From Eledone cirrhosa (taxonomy: Eukaryota): a DNA stretch of 64,000 nucleotides. The notes beneath the pieces are model-generated. The model made no database searches and was not told the DNA's origin. It saw only the letters and a program-made list of their open reading frames with translations. The stretch is from the NCBI GenBank assembly GCA_964016885.1, contig OZ024753.1, positions 1,178,001-1,242,000 of the forward strand, read 5' to 3'. Shown piece after piece: positions 1 through 12,158 of this stretch. The position numbers were made by a program, and so were the translations under genes. The stretch's first letter is position 1; every line of letters starts with the position of its first letter.

Positions 1-608
1 GGCAGTTTTCAATGTTGAATTTACATTGCTTTTCTATGCTATCATGGGTTGAATAAGTCATTGTTTGAGGCAGTTTTTCTTTGGCCATGTACATGCCTTA
101 CTTGATGTCAACCCATCTTTGACAAATTGGTATGTTGCTGGACATAAACGATTCCACTTGCTTCAAACATTGTCGATATGAAGATGTATTCAGTAAACTG
201 TCATCATCATCATCATACGTCCATTTTCCATGCTAGCTCCTTTTGATTACCAACTGTAAGGAGTATTTGATACTTCTCTTAGTCTTGTCATGGCTTATTA
301 GCTCTATACGGACGTTTAAATTGATTAAATAAATAAATATATTTACTCAGAACTAATCCCTCTCCATGTCTAGCCTATATATATATATATATATATATGA
401 TGGTCATTTCTGAAGCCATCTATATATATATTTACTCAGAACAAAATCCTGGTTTTTCTTCTACTTTTAGTTTTAGCTTGTTGTTGTTGTTGCATACTAT
501 TCCTTGACCCAACCACTCTATTCCAGTTTGGCTGTGTATAATATGTTTTGTAGCATTTCATGTGTATATTTCTTTTTGTTTTATTTTTATTTTTTTGTAT
601 AATATCCT

Positions 609-637
<29 letters not shown>

Positions 638-643
<6 letters not shown>

Positions 644-798
644 AATTCTGTTAAAACGAAATTCATGGGGTATAAAAAAATTTTTTGTAACAAAAAATTC
701 TTTATAACAAGATCGACCAAAACACATCGAGCGTGTGGCCGAGGATTGAAAAAATTTTTGTTATACTGAAAAATTTGTTATAATAGAATTTTACCTGT
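638..798. mobile_element. Degenerate pogo/Tigger-type MITE
   Basis: Imperfect TIRs (t)agtgaaattctgttaaaacgaa / ttgttataatagaattttacctg within TA repeats. Confidence 0.55.
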
Positions 799-1250
799 AT
801 ATATCTATCTATATATATATATATAAATAAATAAACATATAGAGAGATTTCTGCAATTTTGTTTTCCAATCGGCCAACTAACTTAAATCTGGGCAGTGGA
901 CAACTGCTTATCTCCAAGCTTACTTATGCTCCATCGTTCCTCGCTTTTCCGTTGACCAGTCGGATTCTGAATATGAGGTAATAACTGTTGTTATTCATCT
1001 GCTCCCCCATGCATTGAGGCTGCATACATGCGTACATACATGCAGGCATACATGTGTATGTGTGTGCACTTATATAATGTCATTCTATGCATATTGAGTT
1101 GTTTTTTTCTTAATTAGATATATTTTTTCCCCCATATAGAGTGTCTTTAGTTTACTGTGGCTTTTAATATGAACTGTCTCCTTGTTTTGTAGTATATTTC
1201 CCTGATATGTGTGTGTCTGCATGAGTATGGGCATATATATACATACATAT

Positions 1251-1439
1251 ATATAATTATTTCATTAACGAAGGTTTTGAGAAACTAGATGATTCTGGCA
1301 GAAACATCCAGCTCGTTCGTCAGACAAAACAATTATAATTGTTTCTCAAAACCTTTGGTAATGAAATAATTATATTGTGTGGTTTATTATGTTATGTAAT
1401 TACATACATATGGATATACATTTCAAAATTAAAAGATAG

Positions 1440-1440
<1 letters not shown>
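1251..1440. mobile_element. Small fold-back element with degenerate hammerhead (minus strand), Penelope-like
   Basis: 35-bp inverted arms 1251-1285/1341-1375 (2 mismatches). Minus strand reads ataattgttttgt CTGACGA..stem II..ctc AAAAC cttc gtta atgaaataattat; G12 is mutated to A; flanked by TA repeats. Confidence 0.55.
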
Positions 1441-1500
<60 letters not shown>

Positions 1501-1737
1501 CGTATATCCAAGAGAATACACAATATATTGTATATATACACTTGAATATATGGTCCTTTCTCTCTATCTATCTATCTCTTTATCTCTCTCTCTCTCTGTA
1601 TGTATATATATATATATATACACACATACATAGAACTTTTAATTTTGAATTATTATGGCTCTGGACAAAATCCATTGAGCTTTTTTATTGAGAAGCACAA
1701 AAATCAAACATGTTTTGATACTTCACATTTGTGTATT

Positions 1738-1781
<44 letters not shown>

Positions 1782-2076
1782 GTCCATGTACACATAGGCA
1801 TTTATGAATGTGGGCCTACTTTTTTCCTTGTGTAGATATATGCACGTATGATTTGTTCGTGTAGATGTGTGTGTATATATATATTCACATACACGAACAC
1901 ACACACATATCATCATCATCACCACTGTTTAAAGTCCATTTTCCACATTAGCATGTGTTAGATGGGTTGTTCTGTTTGAGGAGGCAAGTTGGGTCAGATG
2001 ACTGTGTCTTGCTCACACAGAACTGTTTCTGGCTTGGTTTCTATCACCTGATGCCCTTCCTAATGCCAACCACATT

Positions 2077-2108
<32 letters not shown>

Positions 2109-2376
2109 TATACATGTATGTATACATATATATATAAACATAATGTTATACTTTAGGAGGGTCATGCTGCCAATAAAAACACACACGCCTATTATTGATT
2201 TCCACTTCAAAATGTTTGATATTTAGTTACGACTTTCTACTTATTGAGTTCAACTCCCGCCAAGGTCAACTTTGCCTTTCATCCATCTTGGGTAGATAAA
2301 ATAAAGTACCCGTTAAGTACTGAGGTCGATATAATCAATTTTCTCCTTCCCCATTAATTGCCGGCCTTGTATCAAT

Positions 2377-2566
2377 GGATTGGCAGTATCGGTAGAGGGT
2401 CGGACGCTATGCTTTGCAGCATAGAGTTTCGGCCCTTTACGGTCTGAGTTAAAATCCCATTGAGGTTAACTTTGCCTTGCATCCTTATGGGGTCGATAAA
2501 ATAAAGTACCAGCAATGCACTGGGGTAATTGCTGGCCTTGTGCCTAAAGTAGAAACAATTATTATT
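2377..2566 (+). mobile_element. tRNA-derived SINE family 1 (Nin/Deu-like central domain)
   Basis: A box TGGCAGTATCGG, B-box-like GAGTT(C)AAATCC, central catccttatggggtcgataaaataaagtaccag, (ATT)n tail; more than 12 full or partial copies in the window. Confidence 0.85.
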
Positions 2567-3406
2567 CTCATCATTTTTGTCAATGGTAAGGTGGCTTGTC
2601 TGACATTTTAAAAATTTATTTATTGATGCTAACTGCTTGCAATAGGAACCAAATATTATTTTGTTCTTGAGATTTCGGTATTAAGTCTCCTCTTAGCTGC
2701 CTGTTTATTTATTTATTTATATATTTCTCACCTCTGTGCTTATTTTCTGTGACTTTTTTTTTTTTACTGTAATGGGTTACTGCTTCTCGTGTTTAAAATA
2801 TGTCTAAATCAGTAACACCTTTTACTTTCTCCTATTTCATTTAGAACACGCTAGAAGTTTTATTTTTTTCCTTCTTCTCCTTTTTTTATCTCCTACAATA
2901 TTTCAATCCGATTAATGGTTTTTAGTAATTCTGACATTCTTGAATTCTGTTGTCACTTCTACCACCATCACCTATACCTCCTACACCAGATCCCATATGC
3001 CCTCTGTAGGAGGATTGTCTCATCAGTTATGCAATCCAGGAACTATTTGGTTTTACTCCAGTGAAAAAACCGAGCAAAAAAGAAAATAATCAACAATGTT
3101 GCTTTAGCTTCAGCTATGCTTGTCTTCATATGTTGCTTTGCTTCATTTGTAAACTACTGGAAAACTGATATGAAAGCAGGTTTCATTTCAAGTCTTTTAG
3201 CTTAGCTTAGCTTAGCTTAGCTCTATTTTTGTTGTATATCTTAGCTTTGTTTTTGTTGTTTTAATCAGAGCTTTTAATTGCATCTCAGTTTGCTAGCAGT
3301 TTTATTTTTCACTATATTTTACTATTATTTCTAATTACATTGTGTGTGTGTGTATATATATGTGTGTATATATATGTGTGTATATATATGTGTATATATA
3401 TGTGTG

Positions 3407-3465
<59 letters not shown>

Positions 3466-4110
3466 GTATGTATATATATTAGGGCAGGTAGAATTACTGT
3501 GATATATACACACATCATCATCACTGTTTTCCCTTGCTAGCATGGGTTAGACGAGTTGTCATGTTGTGAACAATGCCAGGTCAGGTGACCATGTTTTGCT
3601 CATACAGAACTGATTTTGGCTTGGTTTCTACAGCTGGATGCCCTTCTCAATGCCAACTCCATTTACAATTAATTATTGCTCTCAGGGAAAGGCATGAATG
3701 TCATATCATGCAGTTGTCTTAGTTGTCTTAACCACTTTTTATGTTTGAAAGTACTTTTGTGTCTATGGCAAAAAAAATATATACACTTTTACTGATTACT
3801 AAATATTTTGTGATAGTTTGTCACTAACTTGAAAATGTTCTTAGCTTCAAAAGGAGTTCCTTTACCTAGTATTGTTGTCTATATTCATGAAAGTTCTAAT
3901 CTGAGCTCTGAGTAAACCCAGAGATTACATGGTAATTTTGTTTGAGAATGTGGCGTTCACTGTTACGTTACTAGCTAATTATTCTTTAATATTTCATATG
4001 CACTACACATACACCAGTGTATATATGTGTGTGCACATACACTCGTATGTGTGCACATATATATATATACACACACATACATGCTTACACTTTCATTAAA
4101 AAAAAAAAAC

Positions 4111-4159
<49 letters not shown>

Positions 4160-5170
4160 CCCAGGGGGTGTAACTAGGAGTTACTGCAGGTTCACTCGGG
4201 AGAGCACTCGATGTTTAGGTTCACTTCTGTGTTGTAGTATTCTCAGCATGAAGTGTAGCTGTAAACAGCAGAATACTATATGTCCAGTAAAAAGTCGGGT
4301 TAAGATATTGAAAAGAGAGTGGGAGAGAAAGGAGGACAGATTGTCTAAAGCATCAGGTGAGAAATGAGTGGGTTATAGAGAGAGAGGAGAGTAGAAAAGC
4401 AGGAACGAAATCAATGGAGCAAGACTTATAGAGAATTGCATAAAAGGATAAAAATGAAGAAATAAATATATATATATAACCTAATAAGACTGTTTTTGCA
4501 TCACTCTTCTTTATGAGCTATATATATATATATATATATATATGCAAAAGGCAAACAGAAATAACAAAGCAAACAACACAGTAATAAATATATATGCCCG
4601 AGCACATGCTTAGCCCACTGGGCATCATTCTAGGAGAATAAAAATTCTGATGTAAAACCTGCAACTCGATAGCAGCCAAAGATGTTGACCTGTTCTTGTT
4701 TTTGCATAAATGTCACTGTTGTTCAGAGAGTGTTCTAGAAATTAGGCTAAATATCTGTTCTGAGAAAATGTTATGCAGCTTTGCATTCCATTAAAGTTTG
4801 GAGTGACTCTATTGATAATGCCTTTTATTATTCTGATGCTTTGTTTGTGATCCTCCAACCGATTGTGATAGATATATGGAGTTCTTTCCTCTCCTACCTA
4901 GGTTCTTTCTTGGTTCAATATACATTGAACAAAGCGTCATCTTTATTTTTAACTAATAGGAATCGTTGTAGTAATTTGTTAGTCTTTGTTATTGTTGTTA
5001 TTGTTTATGTATGTATGTGTGTAGATATGTATATATGTGTGCATTTGTAAATGTGTGTGTGTACATGTGTGTATCTTTATGTGTGTGTGTGTGTGTGTAT
5101 ATGTATTATGTGTGTGTGTGTGTATATATATATGTATTGTGTGTGTGTGTGTGTATATATATATGTATTA

Positions 5171-5201
<31 letters not shown>

Positions 5202-6407
5202 GTATGTATGTGTGCATTTGTAAATGTGTGTGTATATATGTATGCATATATGTGTACATGTGTGTGTATATTTGTATATATGTGTGTGTATGTGTGTGTG
5301 TGGTGTTCATATGAGTAGCAGAATTATTAACACATGACATACATATTTAGTTAAAGCACTATCATTCTGAGTTCCCATCTAAGTAAGGTCAATATTGCCT
5401 CCCTTTATTCTGAAGTCAATAAAATACAGTACCAGTCTTATACTGGGGGGTTGATTTTAATGTGTTAATCCCTCTCTTCAAATCTCTACTGATGTATCTA
5501 TATAAGAAACAATATTGTTGTTCTCCTCAGATTGTATTAACCCATCATGTGATATCAGATTAATAATTCAATTACTGATTCTATTCTCTTCTATTACGAG
5601 TGCAGTGGGTTGGCAGTATTAAGAGTGTGTAGGATAAAATGCTTTGCAGTATTTAGTCACGGCCCTTTATGTTCTGAGTTCAAATCTTGCCATGGTCAAC
5701 TTTGCTTTTCGTCTTTCTGTGGGTTGATAAAATAAGGAACCAGTCAAATACTGGGATTGATTTAATCAACTTTATCCTTCCCTCAAATTTACTGGCCTAA
5801 ATTAGAAATCATATTCTCTTGCTGGCATTTCTCATTGAAATTGAGTATATATACTCTTGGCTTATGTTTGAGCTAATGGAACTTTGTCAATGAAGACATG
5901 GGAATTGGGGCACAGCTGCACCCAACAGTCTTCAGTAGTCTCCTTCCTCTCCAATGTCTCCTCCTGGAACACAGATCAAATAACCCTCATCAGTCTGCTT
6001 CCTTTTAACATTATATTTTGGGTTACACCTGCCTGGGACCAAAATATCCTCTCTTTCCTTCCAATGTCTCTTACCTTCTCATCTTCATATCTGAGAGTCT
6101 GGAGTCATGGCCTTATGGACCAGCTCTCTCCATCTTTTCCTATCTCTTGCCATTGCCTCATTCTACCAGTCTCCTCTTTTTGGTAACTTTCAAAACCGTT
6201 GAACCCAACATGGTGTTTCCTCATCTAGAGCAGATAGCTTCACCAATTGTCCATGAATTTTAATGATTTTTTTTTTTTAAAATAAACTTTAGTTGATCCT
6301 TGTATTGTTGTTGCCTTGTCATTCCTACTAGATGCGTTACCTCCTGCGATTGTCTGTATAAAAATATTATTGACAGTTGAATGGTCCTATGGTAGAACAT
6401 GTATTAA

Positions 6408-6651
6408 CCCTTTGGAGATGGAGCCCTCTTCACAAACCCTACAGAGGGCATGCACATATGTTTAAAAAAACATTATAAAAAATAAAGTGCATGACAAATA
6501 AATCACAGAAGATAGCAAACTATCATGGAAGCCACCATTGAAAGGCCCAGATGTGTAAGAAGCAATCTGATTGGCTGGTACGAAGACCAGCCAGCTAATC
6601 TTGAGGCTTGTATTATTGGGCCGATAGATTGACCCTGTCGTCTCCTAAGGG
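6408..6651. mobile_element. TTAA-flanked (piggyBac-type) MITE, family A
   Basis: ttaa-ccctttggagatg ... cgtctcctaaggg-ttaa. Confidence 0.65.
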
Positions 6652-6689
6652 TTAATGGTTTCTGTAAAATACTTTGTTGTATCCTTTAA

Positions 6690-6874
6690 CCCTTTAGCAT
6701 TTAAACTGGCTGTACCCTGCCTGAATTCTCTCACTTCTGTCAGTTGAAACCGACTACTCATACTTATATTAAGGTATTGTTCTCAAAATAAATATCAAAA
6801 TCTCGTAGATTCGATATTATGTGAGGTAAAAGCTTTACCGTGAGAATAGTATATGTAATGTAAATGCTACAGGG
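6690..6874. mobile_element. TTAA-flanked MITE, family B
   Basis: ttaa-ccctttagcattt ... aaatgctacaggg-ttaa; five copies in the window. Confidence 0.75.
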
Positions 6875-7371
6875 TTAAAAGATTTCATTACAGTTAACTA
6901 ACTATCCACTCCTGCATGTTAGTCAACACTTGTTGCATGAATATCTCGCCACATTTCATTTAGTTTTTCCTAGGATGTTTTTCTATTTTTAATCATTTTG
7001 TTTCACTACCACCACCACCACTACCACCACCACCTTTTTCCTACTCTTTCACCAAACTATTATTTACAATTGCTTTCAGCTTTATATATTGCCATTATTA
7101 TTATTATTATTGTTGTTGTTCTTCTTCTTTCTGTTGTTGTTGTTATTATGGCACACAATCTGGAGAATTTCAGATTAAATTAAATGATTTACAGTGTTAC
7201 TACGTTTGTTTCCTTTAACAGCCTGTATTTAAATAAACCATCATAATTTTACTTATCTCTCCAAGGTTGATATTTAAAGTACCAGTAATACACAGGGGTT
7301 AATTTAATCAGCTATAACTGCTCCCCTGTCAAAACTGTCTGTGTGTCTAATTTTCAAAAAATGTCATTATT

Positions 7372-7730
7372 GGTGGATTAGCAGTATCAGTAGAGCATCA
7401 GGCAACCTTGTATTTAGTTAGAACTTTCTACATTCTCAGTTCAAATTCCACCAAAGTCAACTTTGCCCTTTATCCTGATAAAATGAAGTACCAGTAATGC
7501 ACTGGGATAATTACTGGCCTTGTGCCAAAAGTAGAAACAATTGTTATTGGCAGTATCGGTAGTGTCAGACGCCAAGCTTTACAGCAGAGTTATGACCCTT
7601 TACGTTCTGATTTCAAATCCCGCTGAGGTTAACTTTGCCTTTCATCCTTACAGGGTCAATAAAATAAAGTACCAGTAATACACTGGGGATTATTGCTGGC
7701 CTTGTGCCAAAAGTAGAAACATCATTATTA
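7372..7730 (+). mobile_element. Two tandem SINE family 1 copies
   Basis: Two head-to-tail copies of the same consensus. Confidence 0.8.
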
Positions 7731-7744
7731 TCATTATCATGCTT

Positions 7745-8480
7745 TTGCATCATGATTTTCACCAGAGAGAAGTAAACAAACTGACCACCAAGTCTGGTGA
7801 CCTCAGATAGCCAGTACTATTTTCAGGATATGGGCTGAACCAAGAAGAGGTGATTTTTGCAGGCAGGAAATGTTAGGCTGTATTCTAAGTTCTTTTAATT
7901 TCTTTCGTATTGATCCCAGTGCACCAATAACAGGAATCACCTTTGATGACACAACCTAGCTCTTTCTACTCTCAATTCTGAATAGTTCCTTACTTTTTTA
8001 CCAATCTTTCTCTTCCAATTCTCTCATCCCCAGCTATTGTGACATCAGTTATCCACCATTTTCTCTCCTCTCTATCAATCACAACAATGTCAGATCCCAC
8101 ATTATCTTTGCTTTGTCATTCTCAATTAAACTCTCTGGAGCATGGCGATACCATTTCTCCTCTACTTTGAATCCATATTTCTGACAAAGTAACCATTGCA
8201 AGTACCAGTACACCTTGCCGTGGCATCTCTTGTAATCTCTTTGTACAAGCAAAGTACAGCCACTTACAATGTATGTTACATTCTCTACTTTTGGTCCACA
8301 TAACCTTCATTTGTCGTTATCTTTCACTATGGCTACAGCCCAGAAATTTATAGCTGTCTTCAACTTTCGTACATTTAGTTTTGTCTTTACAAGTAATCCT
8401 ACTTTTCTGAAGTCAGTTTCTTTGACTAGTTGTTTCATCTGACCATCAAGAATTTCCTCAGCCTCTAATACCCCCCCCCC
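7745..8480 (-). mobile_element. Decayed R4/Dong-type non-LTR retrotransposon fragment
   Basis: Minus-strand remnants SDIVVIDRE (PD..D endonuclease-like), VIPVIGALGSI and LQKSPLLGSAHIL, with stops and frameshifts. Confidence 0.6.
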
Positions 8481-8708
8481 CCCCGCCCCACACAAAATAA
8501 TAACTGACTTGGTACCTTAATTAGAATGTTTGTTGAGTTTTTTCTTCTAAGCCTTTCAAAATCAATAAAATGGGATTGCTATAATCAGCTCTGTTCTACC
8601 TCGACATTTAGTCTAGTGATGCCACTATCAAATTCTTATTTTTGCTTCACTATTTATGTAGTATTTGGTCTTTGTAATTTTTTTATAAAAGAATTGAAAG
8701 GGTGATTT

Positions 8709-8763
<55 letters not shown>

Positions 8764-8790
8764 GTATATATATGTATATATATATGTATA

Positions 8791-8830
<40 letters not shown>

Positions 8831-8875
8831 TAAACAAATAATGAACAAACAATTCCTTATATTAAACAAAAAAAG

Positions 8876-9030
8876 TTCACTATTTAACGATCGTTTCTAG
8901 GGTATATATGTGTTATAATTGGTATGCATATTTAACAGATCTATGTACAAAATTATACAAAATTATACAAATTATCAAGATTAAATATACATACCTAACT
9001 CATATATACGCCGTCTTCAGAAATAATGAA
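8876..9030 (-). ncRNA. Mirror copy of the type I hammerhead motif (left palindrome arm)
   Basis: Reverse complement of 10410-10564 with one substitution in stem II. Confidence 0.68.
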
Positions 9031-10409
9031 GTATATTTATTGATAATAACAACAATTCAAAATATCAGTTCAAAATTGACCAATGAAAACACAAAGGGTT
9101 AAAAAGCAGTTTGGTGTGTGTATATACATGTAAAACCCTACACACATTTTACAATAATGTGTGTATAATTTGTATGTGCATACTAAAAAGATGGATGCAA
9201 ATAAAAAATTTCAAGGTTAATATCTCTGTAAGCTTAATGCGCTGATAAGATACGCAATGATACTTATGGAGTCAAGCATATAAATATATTTTTTTCATAC
9301 TCACACATATCAGTATAATCACACATACATGTGCGTATATATATAAATATACACATAACCACGAACACACAAACACACACACTCCCCCACTCACATTTAT
9401 ATATGTGGATATAAAATCATAAGCAAATAGAAATTAAGTCACTCACATAAACACACTGGTACACACCTTTCAAGATCAAGATACAGAAATTAGGTGGGAG
9501 GGGGGGGGAGGGGTCAGTATTAGATTGTCAGACCAGACAGCCTAATATAAATGTATCTATAAATTATGAAAAATAAAAAAAATAAAAACAATAAAATATA
9601 ATACATATAATATAATGTACATACGCATACAGATATACATACATACATGTACGCGCACATAGAGATATCTACACATACATACATACACACATACCTATAC
9701 TGTCATACACACACATATGTGTGTGTATGACAGTATAGGTATGTGTGTATGTATGTATGTGTAGATATCTCTATGTGCGCGTACATGTATGTATGTGTAT
9801 GTATATCTGTATGCGTATGTACATTATATTATATGTATTATATTTTATTGTTTTTATTTTTTTTATTTTTCATAATTTATAGATACATTTATATTAGGCT
9901 GTCTGGTCTGACAATCTAATACTGACCCCTCCCCCCCCCCTCCCACCTAATTTCTGTATCTTGATCTTGAAAGGTGTGTACCAGTGTGTTTATGTGAGTG
10001 ACTTAATTTCTATTTGCTTATGATTTTATATCCACATATATAAATGTGAGTGGGGGAGTGTGTGTGTTTGTGTGTTCGTGGTTATGTGTATATTTATATA
10101 TATACGCACATGTATGTGTGATTATACTGATATGTGTGAGTATGAAAAAAATATATTTATATGCTTGACTCCATAAGTATCATTGCGTATCTTATCAGCG
10201 CATTAAGCTTACAGAGATATTAACCTTGAAATTTTTTATTTGCATCCATCTTTTTAGTATGCACATACAAATTATACACACATTATTGTAAAATGTGTGT
10301 AGGGTTTTACATGTATATACACACACCAAACTGCTTTTTAACCCTTTGTGTTTTCATTGGTCAATTTTGAACTGATATTTTGAATTGTTGTTATTATCAA
10401 TAAATATAC

Positions 10410-10564
10410 TTCATTATTTCTGAAGACGGCGTATATATGAGTTAGGTATGTATATTTAATCTTGATAATTTGTATAATTTTGTATAATTTTGTACATAGA
10501 TCTGTTAAATATGCATACCAACTATAACACATATATACCCTAGAAACGATCGTTAAATAGTGAA
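10410..10564 (+). ncRNA. Type I hammerhead ribozyme motif with very long stem II
   Basis: Stem I TTCATTATTT/AAATAGTGAA (10 bp, one G-U), CTGAAGA at 10420, ~115-nt self-pairing stem II (gtatatatg/catatatac; ggtatgtatatttaa/ttaaatatgcatacc), GAAAC-GATC-GTT with predicted cleavage after 10554. Base of stem II is imperfect. Confidence 0.7.
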
Positions 10565-10780
10565 CTTTTTTTGTTTAATATAAGGAATTGTTTGTTCATT
10601 ATTTGTTTAATATTTTATCTTGACTCTGTATACCGTTTATCTTTCACCGAAATTGGATTTTCATTACATCTCTTCTTTCCATGATATCCGGAATACATTG
10701 AGTTCTTCATACGGATTGGACACTACCGTAAACTCTTGGTAGATTTATCTACATAATATATATATATATATATATGTATA

Positions 10781-10875
<95 letters not shown>

Positions 10876-10979
10876 ATATATTAAAACAATGATGATGGTG
10901 ATATTGTTTTTTACTCACCCGTTTATTATTTTTGTTGCTATTTTTACTTTTCAGTTTACAACATTCCAGTTTGTATTAA

Positions 10980-11201
10980 CTCTTAACATCTTGTTAGAAT
11001 TTAGTAGAAAATGTTTAAAAAATGAGTTTCTTAATTCAAATGTTTATAGTATCTTCACTTGTGGTCATATTGTTGTGAACATTTTCCATATTAGACTAAA
11101 ATAAAGACTTGGATTTTTAATGTGATCCTGTCATAGTGCTGTTTTGTATGTTTGAAGAATGTCTTGCTAATGCAGTTTCATGTGGTACAGGACGTTAAGA
11201 G
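10980..11201. mobile_element. TTAA-flanked MITE, family C
   Basis: ttaa-ctcttaacatc ... gacgttaagag-ttaa; second copy at 19556-19711. Confidence 0.65.
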
Positions 11202-11314
11202 TTAATGTTAGAGTAATAGATTATATTATGTATATATTTCACAGGCTTCTATTGAAGTTTCATTGACTGTTTCTTTACATCATTATCACATACCTTCCAT
11301 GTTGACCACTTTAA

Positions 11315-11521
11315 CCCTTTAACATTTACAATACTCTATATATACTATTATATTTTCACAGTAAAGGTTATCTTACATAATTATCTCGCATAATATCGAA
11401 TCTAAGATTTTTATATTATTTATTTTGAGGACAATACCTTAACGTCAGTATGAGCGGCCGGTTTGGACAGAGAGAGGTGAGAAAATTCTGACTGGATACA
11501 GCCAGTTTAAATGCTAATGGG
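11315..11521. mobile_element. TTAA-flanked MITE, family B
   Basis: Same TIR and internal sequence as 6690-6874, opposite orientation. Confidence 0.75.
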
Positions 11522-11722
11522 TTAAGGAGTGTACTGGGTACATTTTATCATGGCATCAACACAAGAGAAGTTATGTCTTTCACCAGATTGGAGAACCCAC
11601 TTCACCTCACCTTAGTGTCTTTTCTTCTTCATTAACCACCTCAAAAATTAGCTCAATCCCAAGAGAGAAAAGTAGGGAGTGTTTAAATTAATTTTCTAAT
11701 TAACATTTTCCTAATGAAGCAT

Positions 11723-11760
<38 letters not shown>

Positions 11761-11968
11761 TTCTTCAAAATTGAAAGATTTATAATAATTATATTCTACT
11801 ATCAATTATTTAATATCAGCATTTTTTAAAAATGAAAATCTGTTTTGGTAAAGTTTGATTTTGTGTGTTCTGTCTGTTTGTCTTTCCCTCTCTCCACATC
11901 AGTTTATCAAGCTCTTCATCTTGGGCTAGTTTTTTTTTTTTCTCTTCAATAATGGAAATCTTCATTAT

Positions 11969-12158
11969 TGGTGAATTGGCAGTATCGGTAGAGGGTCGGA
12001 CGCCATGCTTTGCAGCATAGAGCTACAGCCCTTTGTGGTCTGAGTTCAAATCTCACCAAGGTTAACTTTGCCCTTCATCCTTACGGGGTCGATAAAATAA
12101 AGTACCAGCAATGTACTGGGTAATTGCTGGCCTTGTGCCAAAAGTAGAAACAATTATT
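11969..12158 (+). mobile_element. SINE family 1
   Basis: Full-length copy with A and B boxes. Confidence 0.85.

Larger units (their letters stand above)
8822..10755. mobile_element. 1.8-kb spacerless palindrome plus ~137-bp unpaired tail in a (TA)n tract; Penelope-like fold-back element
   Basis: 8822-9716 is the reverse complement of 9717-10618 (centre acacat|atgtgt). I found 1 substitution, a 6-bp microsatellite indel and a 1-bp homopolymer difference. (TA)n on both sides; hammerhead motif in each arm. Confidence 0.75.

Noticed and set aside
8908-10532. Twin 64-aa ORFs on opposite strands
   Set aside because: By-product of the palindrome; no recognisable protein. A GIY-YIG remnant in the tail was considered but the translation was unconvincing.
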